Below are positions 46,270 through 56,770 of a stretch of DNA of 64,000 nucleotides, piece by piece (position 1 is the first letter of the stretch; each line of letters opens with the position of its first letter). The translations under genes were made by a program, and so were the position numbers. The notes under the pieces were generated by a model, which was not told the origin of the DNA, did not search any database, and saw only the letters and a list, made by a program, of their open reading frames with translations. The DNA comes from Thermoplasmatales archaeon SW_10_69_26 (GTDB lineage Archaea; Thermoplasmatota; SW-10-69-26). The stretch covers positions 1-64,000 of the forward strand of contig PXUB01000017.1 of assembly GCA_003009755.1 (NCBI GenBank), read 5' to 3'.

Positions 46270-47304
46270 ATGGTCAACGAACCGCTCTCCGATCGTCTTC
46301 GCGCTCCGCTCGCCATCGCTGTGGGACTCTTGATGCTCGGCAGCCTGTTCGCCGGATGCATCACGTCCGACTCCGGTGGCGGTCAGGCCAACCTCAAGCA
46401 GACCGGCTCCTCGACCGTTCACCCGCTCGCCCAAGCCTGGGCCCAAGAGTTCACGGAGGCAGAGATCGCCGTGAGCGGTGGCGGATCCAGCCACGGTCGC
46501 AACGCCATCCTCACCGGCAACGCTCACCTCGGTGACGCCTCCAGCAAGATGGGGCCCGGCGACTATGACAAGGTCGGGTGCGACGTCTCCCAAGACGAGA
46601 TCGACGCCGCGCAAAGCGGCCCACACCCCTGGAAGTACCCGAGCTGCAACGGCGTAACCCCGACCGAGTGGGTCGTCGCCTGGGACGTGCTCGTCGTCGT
46701 CGTGAACCCGAACAACGACTGGGCTGATGAGCTCAGCTACGAGCAGCTCCGGCAGATCTTCACGACCGAGAACACGGCCGAGAAGTGGAGCGAGGTCGAG
46801 GGCCTCGAGGACGCACCGGACGAGAAGATCGAGATCCACGCCCCCGACGCCGCCTCCGGCACGTACGAGTTCTTCTTCGAGGAGGTCGCCGGCCACACCG
46901 ACAAGTCCCTGCTCGCCGAGGGCAGCGACCGCTACCACGGCTCCGCCAACGACAACGTGATCCTGAACAAGATCACGGAGAACGAGAACGCGATCGGCTA
47001 CTTCGGGCTCGCCTACTACGTCCAGAACGAGGACAAGATCGACACCGTAGCCATCTCCGAGGAGGGCGAGGATTTCGTGGAACCCAGCTTCGAGACGGCC
47101 AGCGAGTACCCGGTCACGCGCCCGCTGCACATCTACACCGACGGCGTCCCCAGCGGTGACGACGCCACCTCCCAGGCCGTCAAGGACTACATGTGCTTCG
47201 CGATGAGCGAGGAGGGCCAGTCGATCGTCCCCGACGTCGGCTACGTCAAGGAGTCCGACTTCGACCCCGAGTCGCACTCGAACCAGCAGAGCAAGGTCTG
47301 CTGA
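46270..47304 (+). CDS. pstS: Phosphate ABC transporter substrate-binding lipoprotein
   Basis: Lipobox FAGC; GSSTV, SGTYEFF, AIGYFG, YPVTRPL. Confidence 0.93.
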   Translation: MVNEPLSDRLRAPLAIAVGLLMLGSLFAGCITSDSGGGQANLKQTGSSTVHPLAQAWAQEFTEAEIAVSGGGSSHGRNAILTGNAHLGDASSKMGPGDYDKVGCDVSQDEIDAAQSGPHPWKYPSCNGVTPTEWVVAWDVLVVVVNPNNDWADELSYEQLRQIFTTENTAEKWSEVEGLEDAPDEKIEIHAPDAASGTYEFFFEEVAGHTDKSLLAEGSDRYHGSANDNVILNKITENENAIGYFGLAYYVQNEDKIDTVAISEEGEDFVEPSFETASEYPVTRPLHIYTDGVPSGDDATSQAVKDYMCFAMSEEGQSIVPDVGYVKESDFDPESHSNQQSKVC

Positions 47305-47359
47305 CAGCCGGTAAAGCCAAAACAAACCGCTCTATACAGCCCGTCGACGGAGCATCGCG

Positions 47360-48730
47360 ATGGAGGAGAACCGGGGCCTCGGCAAGCTCGCCAGCACAGC
47401 GGACGATGCGGTCGTCGCGGCCAAGCGCCGCGAACGCATCGTCCGCGTCCTCCTCTTCGCGGCTGCGAGCGTCGCGCTCGTCGTGACCGGCGCGATCATC
47501 TGGACGCTCGTCGACGGCACGATCCGCTTCTTCGGTGCCTCCGGAACGAGCTTGAGCGCGTTCTTTGGCAACCCGCAGTGGGGCGGCATCGCGACCGTCT
47601 TGGGGCTGTCCGCTCTCGGCCTACTCGCTGCCGAGGCCTTCCTCTGGGGCGGATCGAACGTGCTGGGTGGGGTGACCCGCGCCCAACCGCCCTCCCTGCG
47701 TCGGCGGCTCCGCACCCGCCTCGTGGCGCGATGGAGCATCATCGCAACGACACCGATCGCGTACGCGATCAACCGCGAGTTCTTCCTGCCGCTGTTCCCG
47801 TCGAACCCCGTCGTCGCGGTTGCGGTCCCCACGGTTCCCACGCTGGGGTACGTCTGGCTGGCGGGGCAACTGGCCAGCGAGGACGTCCTGCCGACCCGAG
47901 ATCTCCCCGGACCCGGCGACTGGCCGCGCGCGATCGGGCTCACCGCGGCCGCGATCGTGTTCGCGGCCGTCGTGACCACGTACGACCTGTCGACGAGCAC
48001 GTTCCTGGGCTCGGTCCAGTGGGCGGGCGTCGCGGGCGAGTTCAGCATCTGGTCGCTGGTGTCCGGCACCGTTCTCATAGCGATCGGCGCCCTGATCCTG
48101 GCGGGCCCGGTGGGCGTCGGTGCCGCCCTGTACCTGGCCGAGTTCGCCGACGAGCGCGTGCGGGCGATCGGGAAACCGATCGTCGAGGTTCTCGCCGGCG
48201 TGCCCAGCATCGTGTACGGGTTCTTCGCGCTGTTCACGATCAGCCCGTTCATGCAGGAGCACTTCGGCGCGATGACGTACAACGCCGGGAGCGCGATCCT
48301 CGTCGTCTCCGTCATGGTGCTCCCGATCGTCGTCTCGCTCAGCGAGGACGCGATCTCGAGCGTGCCAGGCCACCTGCGCGACGCCTCGCTCGCGATGGGC
48401 GCCACCGAGTGGGAGACCAGCCTGAACGTGATCCTCCCCGCCGCACGCTCGGGCGTGTTCGCCAGCTTGTTCCTCGGCCTGGCCCGGGCCCTGGGCGAGA
48501 CGATGGCCGTCCTACTGGCCGCGGGCAGCATCGCCCGCTGGCACCTCGACCCCTTGATGGAGGTGCAGACGATGACGACCTACATCGCCCGCGTCTCCAC
48601 CGGAGACATCCCGCCCGGGCCGGCCACGGATGCCGCGTTCGCGGTCGGCCTGGTGCTCTTCGTGATCACGTACACCGTCAACCTCGGCGGTCAGGAGATC
48701 CTGGACCGCATGGGGGTGGATGAAGTTTGA
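47360..48730 (+). CDS. pstC: Phosphate ABC transporter permease
   Basis: [21 protein letters not shown]...[18 protein letters not shown]. Confidence 0.92.
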   Translation: MEENRGLGKLASTADDAVVAAKRRERIVRVLLFAAASVALVVTGAIIWTLVDGTIRFFGASGTSLSAFFGNPQWGGIATVLGLSALGLLAAEAFLWGGSNVLGGVTRAQPPSLRRRLRTRLVARWSIIATTPIAYAINREFFLPLFPSNPVVAVAVPTVPTLGYVWLAGQLASEDVLPTRDLPGPGDWPRAIGLTAAAIVFAAVVTTYDLSTSTFLGSVQWAGVAGEFSIWSLVSGTVLIAIGALILAGPVGVGAALYLAEFADERVRAIGKPIVEVLAGVPSIVYGFFALFTISPFMQEHFGAMTYNAGSAILVVSVMVLPIVVSLSEDAISSVPGHLRDASLAMGATEWETSLNVILPAARSGVFASLFLGLARALGETMAVLLAAGSIARWHLDPLMEVQTMTTYIARVSTGDIPPGPATDAAFAVGLVLFVITYTVNLGGQEILDRMGVDEV

Positions 48731-49623
48731 ACGCGGAGGACCTCGGCGAGGAGCTGCGCAAGGGATCGGGCGAACTCTCCCGCCGGCGCAAGACGGCGCT
48801 CATCGGACGCGCCGTCACGGGCCTCTGCCTGGCGATCGCCGTGGTCTTCCTGGGGCTGCTCATCTTCGACGTTCTGCGACGGGGCCTGCCCCAACTGGAT
48901 TGGCAGTTCCTCACCACGGACGTGAAGGGGTTCAACCCCGAGACCGGCGGCGTCCGGAACGCGATCGTCGGCAGCGTGTACCTGATCTTGATCACGATGG
49001 CCGTCGCCGTCCCCCTCGGTGTGGCTACGGCCGTGTACCTCGAAGAGTTCGCCAAGGACAACGCGATCACCACGGGGCTCCAGCGCCTCGTCGAGAACCT
49101 CGCTGGTGTGCCCAGCATCGTGTTCGGCCTGCTCGGGCTGGCGTTCTTCGCTCGACTGATGGATTTCGGCACGAGCCTGATCTCCGGCGGCCTCACGCTG
49201 GGCCTGCTCGTGCTGCCGATCGTCGTCGTCTCGACCCAAGAAGCCCTGTCTGCGGTGCCCGACGAGTTCCGCAACGGCGCTCGCGCGATGGGAGCCACGG
49301 AGTGGCAGGTGGTGAAGGACCACGTGCTCCCCGCGGCGCTGCCTGGCATCATGACCGGATCGATCCTCTCCCTCTCGCGCGCGATCGGCGAGACGGCTCC
49401 GATCCTCTTCGTCGTCTCCTCGTTCATCCGCGGTGTCCCGACCGCGCTCACCGACGGGTTCCTCGCGCTCCCCTACCAGATCTTCTACTGGGCACAATTG
49501 CCCAGTCAGGAGGTCCAGCAGATGGCGGCCAGCGCGATCATCGTCCTCATGGCCCTGTTGCTCACGATGAACGGTGTCGCCGTCGCTATCCGACAGTGGT
49601 CGTTGTCCCGGAGGCAATGGTAA
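48727..49623 (+). CDS. pstA: Phosphate ABC transporter permease
   Basis: [23 protein letters not shown]. Confidence 0.93.
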   Translation: MNAEDLGEELRKGSGELSRRRKTALIGRAVTGLCLAIAVVFLGLLIFDVLRRGLPQLDWQFLTTDVKGFNPETGGVRNAIVGSVYLILITMAVAVPLGVATAVYLEEFAKDNAITTGLQRLVENLAGVPSIVFGLLGLAFFARLMDFGTSLISGGLTLGLLVLPIVVVSTQEALSAVPDEFRNGARAMGATEWQVVKDHVLPAALPGIMTGSILSLSRAIGETAPILFVVSSFIRGVPTALTDGFLALPYQIFYWAQLPSQEVQQMAASAIIVLMALLLTMNGVAVAIRQWSLSRRQW

Positions 49624-50372
49624 TGTCGAACATCACGGTCGAAGATCTCAACGTCTGGTACGGCGACGATCACGCCCTCAAGAACATCAACATGGAGATC
49701 CCAGAGGGGGAAGTCACCGCGCTCATCGGTGCCAGCGGTTGCGGGAAATCCACGTTCCTGCGCTGCTTCAACCGGATGAACGACGAGATCGGCGTCGCCC
49801 GCGTCGAGGGCTCGATCCGCTGGAAGGGCGTCGACCTCAACGGCGAGGACGTCGACCCCGTCGCGCTGCGACGACGCGTCGGGATGGTCTTCCAAAAGCC
49901 CAACCCGTTCCCGAAGACCGTCTACGACAACATCGCGTACGGCGTGTCGCTGAACGGGCGCGGCGACGACGACATGGACCAGATCGTCGAGACGAGCCTC
50001 GAGCAGGCCAACCTCTGGGACGAGGTCGAGGACCGGCTCGACAAGAACGCGCTCACGCTCTCCGGCGGTCAGCAACAGCGGCTCTGCATCGCGCGCGCGG
50101 TGGCCGTGAAGCCCGACGTCATCCTGATGGACGAGCCCGCCAGCGCGCTCGACCCCGTGTCCACGCAGAAGATCGAGAACCTGATCGAGGAGCTGCGGGA
50201 GGAGTACACGGTCGTCGTCGTGACGCACAACATGCAGCAGGCCGCGCGGATCAGCGACAAGACCGCTCACCTCCACCTCGGCGAGCTCGTCGAGTTCGAC
50301 AACACCGACAAGATCTTCGAGAACCCCGAGGAAGAGCTCACCGAGGCCTACATCACAGGCCGCTTCGGTTGA
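49623..50372 (+). CDS. pstB: Phosphate ABC transporter ATPase
   Basis: [44 protein letters not shown]. Confidence 0.96.
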   Translation: MSNITVEDLNVWYGDDHALKNINMEIPEGEVTALIGASGCGKSTFLRCFNRMNDEIGVARVEGSIRWKGVDLNGEDVDPVALRRRVGMVFQKPNPFPKTVYDNIAYGVSLNGRGDDDMDQIVETSLEQANLWDEVEDRLDKNALTLSGGQQQRLCIARAVAVKPDVILMDEPASALDPVSTQKIENLIEELREEYTVVVVTHNMQQAARISDKTAHLHLGELVEFDNTDKIFENPEEELTEAYITGRFG

Positions 50373-50429
50373 CCGACACACCTATACCCTGGCCGTTTCG
50401 ATCCAACAACGCGACGAGGAACGCCCCAC

Positions 50430-51086
50430 ATGGCTCGCGACACCTTCGACAAGCAGCTCGGCGATCTGAAGGCCCAGGTCATGGAGATGGCCGACCTGGC
50501 CAAGTGGATGTTCGAGACCGGCGTCCAGAGCCTCATCGATCTCTCCGACGACACCGCCGACGAGGTCTTGGAGAAGCGCCACCGCCTGGCCGAGCTCGAC
50601 GAGCAGATCGAGGAGGACGCGCTCAAGCTCGTCGCCCGCCAGCAACCGATGGCCAAGGACATGCGCGCCATCGGCGCCGCGCTCAAGCTGATCACCTACA
50701 TCAACCGCATCGGGCGCTACGGCAAGGACATCGCCCAGATCACCACGCAGTGGGACTCGGAAACCCACTACTCCGACCTCGTCAACCTACCCCGCATGGT
50801 CGAGCTCGTGCACAACGGGCTCAACCACGTGCTCCGCTGCTACCACGAGGAGGAGGACATCGACCTCGAGCAGCTCGTCGAGTGGGAGGACGAGATCGAC
50901 GCGCTGCGCTGGAGCGTCTTCCGCGAGTGCCTGACCTACATGGCCCAGGACCCCGAGCACATCGAGGAGTACGCCTACTACATGATGATCGCGCGCTACC
51001 TGGAGCGCTGCGGGGACAACGTCTGCAAGATGGCCGAGAAGATCCACTACATGGTCGAAGGCGAGCACCTCGCCATCGACACCTAA
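50430..51086 (+). CDS. phoU: Phosphate signalling protein PhoU
   Basis: ARQQPMAKDMR, YLERCGD; follows pstB. Confidence 0.93.
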   Translation: MARDTFDKQLGDLKAQVMEMADLAKWMFETGVQSLIDLSDDTADEVLEKRHRLAELDEQIEEDALKLVARQQPMAKDMRAIGAALKLITYINRIGRYGKDIAQITTQWDSETHYSDLVNLPRMVELVHNGLNHVLRCYHEEEDIDLEQLVEWEDEIDALRWSVFRECLTYMAQDPEHIEEYAYYMMIARYLERCGDNVCKMAEKIHYMVEGEHLAIDT

Positions 51087-51393
51087 GTCGGGAGCTCGCA
51101 CCCTGCAGAGCCCTCCGCGCGTTGCCTCACATCTGTAACCATCTCTCCCGAGCCTACCCAGCCAACCCTTTCCCCCGTCCCGTCCGTGAGTCCCGATGCC
51201 GGTGGCCCCGGGGACCGCCGGCCACCTCCATTCTCCCCCCCTCCCGGCCCCCACGGGCCGGGCTCCCTCCCACTGGGCGGCCAGCGACCCGTCTCGGGGG
51301 GGTCTGCGGGACCCGATCCTCTGGGGGTCTCGGTAGGCCTCCGGAGACTCCTCCAGCAACCCCCAAGCCCGGTCCACCCGTGGCCGAGCCTGC

Positions 51394-52608
51394 ATGGAAC
51401 CCAACACCCTGCCCGCCTGGCTGTTGCTCGCCTCCGCCAGCCTGCTGCTCACCGTCCCCGCGGCCGGGGCCGAGGACTACCCCTTCGGCTCCTACGTGGA
51501 CACCGGCGACACCGACCACGTCCCCGCCGCCGAGGCCGTCGAGGACGTCCGGCTTTGCATCATCGACGAGGACGGCAGCGACCACTGGACCGAAGGCGAA
51601 CCCCTGGTGCTCAGCTTCGACGGCGCCTGCGACCGCGTCAGCTACGAGGACCGTTGCCTGATCTGCCTGGACGACAAGGGTCCGGGCGCCGAGATCGAGA
51701 TGGCCGACCCCGAACACGACCGCTTCCTCACCGCCGTCGACGACCACAACCTCACCTACGTCGACATGGCCAACGAGAATGGGGTCGACCCCGACAACCC
51801 CACTTACATCGATCTCCGCAACCCCCAGGCCGAGCGCGTCGACCCCGGCGACCTGCGGCTCACGTCCTGGAAGGACCACGAGGCGTTGACGACGGTCGAG
51901 CCCGGTGACGCCGACGCCGGCGTCGCGGTCTCCCACATCACCGGCGACCCCTGGGATTTCAACGCCACTGACGCGCTGCTCGAGCAGGGCGACGGCTTCT
52001 ACCTCAACACCGACGGCGGCACGCCCGGCGCGGACTTCGACCACGTGCCCGGCGACGCCATCCGGCTCGACGACGCCGTCACGGATCCCGCCCGCGCCCT
52101 GATCGAGGACGCCATGGCCGAGATGGGAACCGAGACCGGCGAACCCAACATCACGGCCGGCCAGCTCGCGATCGAGCCCACCGAGGCTAGCCCCGGCGAG
52201 CTCATCCGCATCCACGTAACCGCGGCCAACCACGGCCAGGCGGCCGGCGCCGGAACCATCGACACCGCCCTCGACGGAGAGGTCTTCGACGTCCGGGGTA
52301 CGCCGACCCTCGAGCCCGGCCAACAGGCCAAGCTCGTGATCCCCCTGCCCGCTCCCGACGCCGAGGGCGAGGTAACCGTCTCCGTCGGCAGCCTCCAGGA
52401 GACGCTCGCGATCGAACCCGCGGAGACCGAGGCGGGCCAGGCCGACGCGGAGCCGGAGACCGACGAGGTCGAGGCCCAGGACGCCAGCACCGAGGAGCCC
52501 GTCGAGGAGCCGCCCGAGCAGGCCAGCGTCCCCGCGCTCCCCCTGGCCGGCCTGCTGGCCGCGATCGGGTTCGCCCACGCGATCGCACCCTCGCGGGAGG
52601 CCCGTTGA
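51394..52608 (+). CDS. Secreted acidic surface protein with CARDB-like domain and C-terminal anchor
   Basis: Signal peptide; DxDG-type acidic motifs; VTAANHGQAAG...LEPGQ; tail VPALPLAGLLAAIGFAHAIAPSREAR. Confidence 0.8.
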   Translation: MEPNTLPAWLLLASASLLLTVPAAGAEDYPFGSYVDTGDTDHVPAAEAVEDVRLCIIDEDGSDHWTEGEPLVLSFDGACDRVSYEDRCLICLDDKGPGAEIEMADPEHDRFLTAVDDHNLTYVDMANENGVDPDNPTYIDLRNPQAERVDPGDLRLTSWKDHEALTTVEPGDADAGVAVSHITGDPWDFNATDALLEQGDGFYLNTDGGTPGADFDHVPGDAIRLDDAVTDPARALIEDAMAEMGTETGEPNITAGQLAIEPTEASPGELIRIHVTAANHGQAAGAGTIDTALDGEVFDVRGTPTLEPGQQAKLVIPLPAPDAEGEVTVSVGSLQETLAIEPAETEAGQADAEPETDEVEAQDASTEEPVEEPPEQASVPALPLAGLLAAIGFAHAIAPSREAR

Positions 52609-53057
52609 TGGCCGAGGGCCCGATGCAGATCGCCTTCGTCTGCGTTCGGAACGCCGGGCGCAGCCAGCTCGCGCTTAGCTACACCCAGCGCCGCCTCCAA
52701 CGCAGCGGCCTCGACGACGCCGTGAGCCTCGTCACGGGCGGCACCTACCCCGCCGACGAGATCCACACCGGCGTCCACGAGGTCCTCGAAGCGGAAGGCT
52801 TCGAGCTCGAGGGCCGCACGCCTCGCCAGATCACCGAGGCCGAGCTGCTCGCCAGCGACATCATCGTGACCATGGGCTGCGAGGACCTCGAGCTGCCCGA
52901 CGACCTCGAGGCCGACGTCCACGCCTGGGAGCTGCCCGACCCCGCCGGCGAACCCCCGCGACACGTTCTCGAGATCGCCGAGGAGGTCGACGACCGCGTG
53001 CGGGATCTGCTGGCGGATCTCGAGCCCCGCCTCGAACGCCAGCCCGAGCGCCCCTGA
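52608..53057 (+). CDS. arsC: Low-molecular-weight phosphatase / arsenate reductase family
   Basis: CVRNAGRSQ (CX5R), TMGC, WELPDP. Confidence 0.85.
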   Translation: MAEGPMQIAFVCVRNAGRSQLALSYTQRRLQRSGLDDAVSLVTGGTYPADEIHTGVHEVLEAEGFELEGRTPRQITEAELLASDIIVTMGCEDLELPDDLEADVHAWELPDPAGEPPRHVLEIAEEVDDRVRDLLADLEPRLERQPERP

Positions 53058-53199
53058 CGCGATCTCGCCAGAGGGGGAATCCACCCCTGGGGGTCCCCCC
53101 GCTGCTTGCCTCCGACCTGGACCCCCTCCTGGCGAACCGTAAGGAGGTCTCCACAGATTCCGCTGGGAACCCCTATCCAGGGTCGAAGATACGTACCCG

Positions 53200-53883
53200 G
53201 TGGAGATGAGAACGACACCGAACACGGAACGGACGGGTCGGGTGGCCGAGCCCACACGGGGCTGGGGCCCGACCCACAGCGGGTCGGACCTCGACCAGGG
53301 CCAAGAGCTGGCCATCGCCGTCGACGTCGACGGCGTCCTCTTCGACCACATCCCCTACGTGCTGCGCGGCTTCCGCGATGCCCACGGCATCGATTTGGCC
53401 GACGAGGGGCTGCGGTACTGGGACTTCTTCCAGTACCAGGCCGTCCGCGAGGCCGGCCTCACCGAGGAGTGCGTGCGCAGCGTGCTCGACCGCATCGAGA
53501 CCGACCCCGCGCTCCACGAACGAGGTCCCCGCGACCCGTTCGCGGCCCGCGTCATGGACGCCTGGAAACAGGCCGGCCACCGGGTCGACGTCGTCACCGC
53601 CCGCGGCGAGATCTCCCGCGAGGTGACCCGCCGATTCCTGCGCACGAACGAGATCCCCTACGACGAGCTCGTCATGGAAGCCGAGACGAAGACCGGCTGG
53701 GACCTGCTCGTCGACGACGCGGCCCACAACGTGCTCGCGGCGGCCGACGACGGCTCCACCGCGCTGCTCATGGATCAGCCCTACAACCGCGACGTCGACG
53801 CCCAGGGCAACCCCCACCGCGTCCACGACTGGGTCGAGGTCGCCCGCCTGCTCGAACCGGCGGCGCCCAGCCCGACGCCATGA
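53200..53883 (+). CDS. HAD-family 5'(3')-nucleotidase-like protein
   Basis: DVDGVL, VTAR, LVDD, PYN motifs. Start is uncertain. Confidence 0.85.
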   Translation: MEMRTTPNTERTGRVAEPTRGWGPTHSGSDLDQGQELAIAVDVDGVLFDHIPYVLRGFRDAHGIDLADEGLRYWDFFQYQAVREAGLTEECVRSVLDRIETDPALHERGPRDPFAARVMDAWKQAGHRVDVVTARGEISREVTRRFLRTNEIPYDELVMEAETKTGWDLLVDDAAHNVLAAADDGSTALLMDQPYNRDVDAQGNPHRVHDWVEVARLLEPAAPSPTP

Positions 53884-54173
53884 GCCTCGTCGCCGCAACC
53901 GGCGCCTGCCTGCTGGCCGCCGCCACGCTGCCCCAGGCCGTGCGCCTGCTGCGTACCCGCGAGGCCGAGGACTTCAGCTGGGCGTTCAGCACGCTGAACT
54001 TCGCCGGCCTGGCCCTGCTCGCGGTCCGCAGCTTCGTGATCGGGGAGTGGGCCTTCCTCGCCGTGAACACGGTCACGACTCTCTTCTGGGGCCTGGTCCT
54101 CCTCGTCAAGCTGGACACGCCGTTCCCCAGCAGGCCGGACGCCCCGTTGAGGCCGACTCCCCGATCCCGTTGA
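53880..54173 (+). CDS. PQ-loop (SemiSWEET-like) small membrane protein
   Basis: ATGA overlap; LPQAVRLLRTREAEDFS; three TM helices. Confidence 0.75.
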   Translation: MSLVAATGACLLAAATLPQAVRLLRTREAEDFSWAFSTLNFAGLALLAVRSFVIGEWAFLAVNTVTTLFWGLVLLVKLDTPFPSRPDAPLRPTPRSR

Positions 54174-54460
54174 CCGTCCCGGTCTCGAACACCGCCGGCC
54201 GCCCCCGGGTTGCCCTGCTCGCGCACCGCCTCCACGACGCGGTCGGCGTCGTAGCGAACCCGGTGGATCCGCGTCCCCAGCTCCTCCCCCAACGTCAGCT
54301 CCACGTGAATGGGCCGCGTGTCCCCGTCGTCGGGCAACCCCGTCGTCCCCGCGTTCACCACGTGGACGCCATCGATCTCGCGGTGGAAGGGCAGGTGGGT
54401 GTGCCCGCACGAGCACGTCCGGCTGGACGCCGTCGAGCTTGCGCTCAGCGGCCGATCGAG
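54170..54460 (-). pseudogene. Truncated, frameshifted metallophosphoesterase (YfcE-like)
   Basis: CGHTHLPFHREIDGVHVVNAGTTGLPDDGD; the upstream ERKLDGVQPDVLV is in another frame; N-terminal motifs absent. Confidence 0.7.
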
Positions 54461-54610
54461 CCGTTCAGCGTGCGCGAACGCCGGCTGGCGTCCGCGGAGC
54501 TGGCCACGTGACGCGTTCCCGACACAGACGACGGACAGGCCCGAGGGCTCCCCGCCGGCCACGAGCCGGGCGAACCGGCCCGGTGCCCACCCGGTTCGGG
54601 GCGGTCGGCG

Positions 54611-55408
54611 TCACGTCCGGCCGCGATCGCCGCCTTCCCCGACGATGCGGACGAACTTGGCGAGGCTCGGATCCTCGACGCGGTGGCGGTCGCCCTCGCG
54701 GTCGAGCAGCAACGCGCCGTCGCTGTCGATGCCGACGGCCTCGCCCTCGTACACCATGTGGCCCGCATCGATGCGGACCTCGGCGCCCTTCTGCGTCCAC
54801 GAGGCCTCGAACGAGCGCACGAGCTCGGCCGGCTCGTGCACCAACCGACGGGCCCGGGCGAGGCTCTCGGCGACCGTGTCGCCCAGCTCCTCCAGGCCGA
54901 TCTGCTCGTTCGCGATCGCGTGCAGCGCCACCGCCTCGTCGCGCACGTCCTCGGGCAGCTCGGCGATCGGGTTGTTGACGTTGATGCCGATCCCGATGGC
55001 CGCTTGCTCGACGTCGTGGCCGTCGACCTGACCCTCGACGAGCACGCCGCCGAGCTTGTCGCCGTCGACGACGAGATCGTTGGGCCACTTGAGGCCGGGC
55101 TCGATCCCGGTGTGCCGGCGGATGCCCTCGCGGACGCCCAAGGCGCCCGCCAGCGTCAACCGCGCCGCCGAGCAGGCGTCCAGCTGGGGCTCCCACAGCG
55201 TCGACAGCCACAGCCCGCCGCGCGGGGCGTGCCAGCTCCCCGTGCCGCCGCGGGAGCCGGTCTGCTCGCGGGCGACGACGATGGTGTGCTCCTCGGCCCC
55301 CTTGCCGCCGAGCCGCATGACGACATCGTTGGTCGAGGCCAACTTGTCGAACCGGAGGGTCTCGGGGATCGAGCTGGGCCCGTCGGGGTCCACGAGCCGG
55401 TATCCCAT
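54611..55408 (-). CDS. birA: Biotin-protein ligase
   Basis: STND, GGLWLS, KWPNDL, KLGGVLVE, GIGINV, GIDSDGALL. Confidence 0.88.
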   Translation of the reverse strand: MGYRLVDPDGPSSIPETLRFDKLASTNDVVMRLGGKGAEEHTIVVAREQTGSRGGTGSWHAPRGGLWLSTLWEPQLDACSAARLTLAGALGVREGIRRHTGIEPGLKWPNDLVVDGDKLGGVLVEGQVDGHDVEQAAIGIGINVNNPIAELPEDVRDEAVALHAIANEQIGLEELGDTVAESLARARRLVHEPAELVRSFEASWTQKGAEVRIDAGHMVYEGEAVGIDSDGALLLDREGDRHRVEDPSLAKFVRIVGEGGDRGRT

Positions 55409-55558
55409 CCCGGGCTCTTGAGCGTTGCTGATTCCCGCTGTCGGGGTCGGCCCCAGCGGCCGGTCCGAGGACGATCGGTCCCCCGTCGAACCGTGCGGGG
55501 GTAGCCTCTTGACCGAGCAAGGATTCAGGGGAGGCCACGGGGTCTTCGGGGTATCCTC

Positions 55559-56770
55559 ATGCGGATCCTGCACACCGCCGACTGGCACCTCGGGCGTCGC
55601 CTGAACCGCGCCAGCCGCCTCGCCGAGCAGCGCGAGCTCTTGCACGATCTCGTCGAGCACACCGACCGCCTGGACCCGGACGCGGTGGTCGTGGCCGGCG
55701 ACGTGTACGACGTGTTCACGCCCGGCGCCGACGCCGAACGCCTGTACTACCGCACCGTGCAGCGCCTGGCCGACGACGGCACCCGCCCGGTCCTGGTCGT
55801 CGCCGGCAACCACGACAGCCCGGCCCGGCTCACGGCGCCGCGCGCCCTGCTCGAGGACCACGGCGTGTTCGTGTACGGCGACCCGCACGACCCCGACGAC
55901 GTCCCGCAGGCCCGCGACCACGAGGGCTTCACGATCCACGACGCCGGCCCCGGCTGGTTGGACGTCGAGACCGACGGCGGCCGCGGGACCTTCCACCTGC
56001 TCAGCTTCCCCTCCCGGTCCCGTCTGCCCTCCGACGTCGACGAGGAGGACGCCTCGGCGACCGAGATCGTCGACACCCTCGGCGATCGCGTCCCCACCGG
56101 CCCGGGCGCCCGCTACCTCGTCGGCCACCTCTACGTCGGCGAGGGCCACGACGTCGCGGAGGACACCGACGACTACGTCGGCGGCGCCTACGCCGTCCAT
56201 CCCGACGCCCTGGAGACCTACGACGCCGCCTTCCTCGGTCACCTGCACCGGCCCTTCGGCTCCGGCAACTGGCGCTACGCCGGCGCCCCGATGGCCTTCG
56301 ACTTCGACGACCCGGCCACGGAGCGCGGCGCCTGGCTGTACGAGGACGGGGTCGGCGAGACGGTGCCCTTGGCCGGCGACCGCGGACTGACCGAGCACCG
56401 CCTGGCCAGCTTCGATCAGGCGCTGGCGCTCGCCGAGGACGACGAGGACGGCTGGGTCCGGCTCGTCTTCGAACGCGGCACCGTGATCGAACGCAACCAG
56501 CGCAAGCGCCTGCGCGAGGCCTTCGGCGACCGGCTCGTCAACATCCGGTTCAGTGAACCCGACGACGACGCGCTCGCCACCTCGGCCACCGTCGAGCTCG
56601 GCGACCTCGATCCCGAGCAAGCCTTCCGCGACTACGTCGAGGACCGGGAGGGCAAAGGGCCCGACGACGAGCTCGTCGACATGTTCCTCGAGGTGCTCGA
56701 CGGGCCCCAGACGCCCGACGACGAGCCCGAGGCCGAGACGGGGCAAGCCACGCTGGAGGTCGACGGATGA
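55559..56770 (+). CDS. sbcD: SbcD/Mre11 nuclease
   Basis: HTADWHLG, AGDVYD, GNHDS, LGHLH. Confidence 0.92.
   Translation: MRILHTADWHLGRRLNRASRLAEQRELLHDLVEHTDRLDPDAVVVAGDVYDVFTPGADAERLYYRTVQRLADDGTRPVLVVAGNHDSPARLTAPRALLEDHGVFVYGDPHDPDDVPQARDHEGFTIHDAGPGWLDVETDGGRGTFHLLSFPSRSRLPSDVDEEDASATEIVDTLGDRVPTGPGARYLVGHLYVGEGHDVAEDTDDYVGGAYAVHPDALETYDAAFLGHLHRPFGSGNWRYAGAPMAFDFDDPATERGAWLYEDGVGETVPLAGDRGLTEHRLASFDQALALAEDDEDGWVRLVFERGTVIERNQRKRLREAFGDRLVNIRFSEPDDDALATSATVELGDLDPEQAFRDYVEDREGKGPDDELVDMFLEVLDGPQTPDDEPEAETGQATLEVDG

Noticed and set aside
48720-50372. 550-aa PstB with long N-terminal extension
   Set aside because: The extension overlaps pstA out of frame; the real start is ATG 49623 with a GGAGG RBS.
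54611-56746. 711-aa BirA fusion
   Set aside because: The N-terminal 446 codons are antisense to sbcD or intergenic; the true start is 55408.
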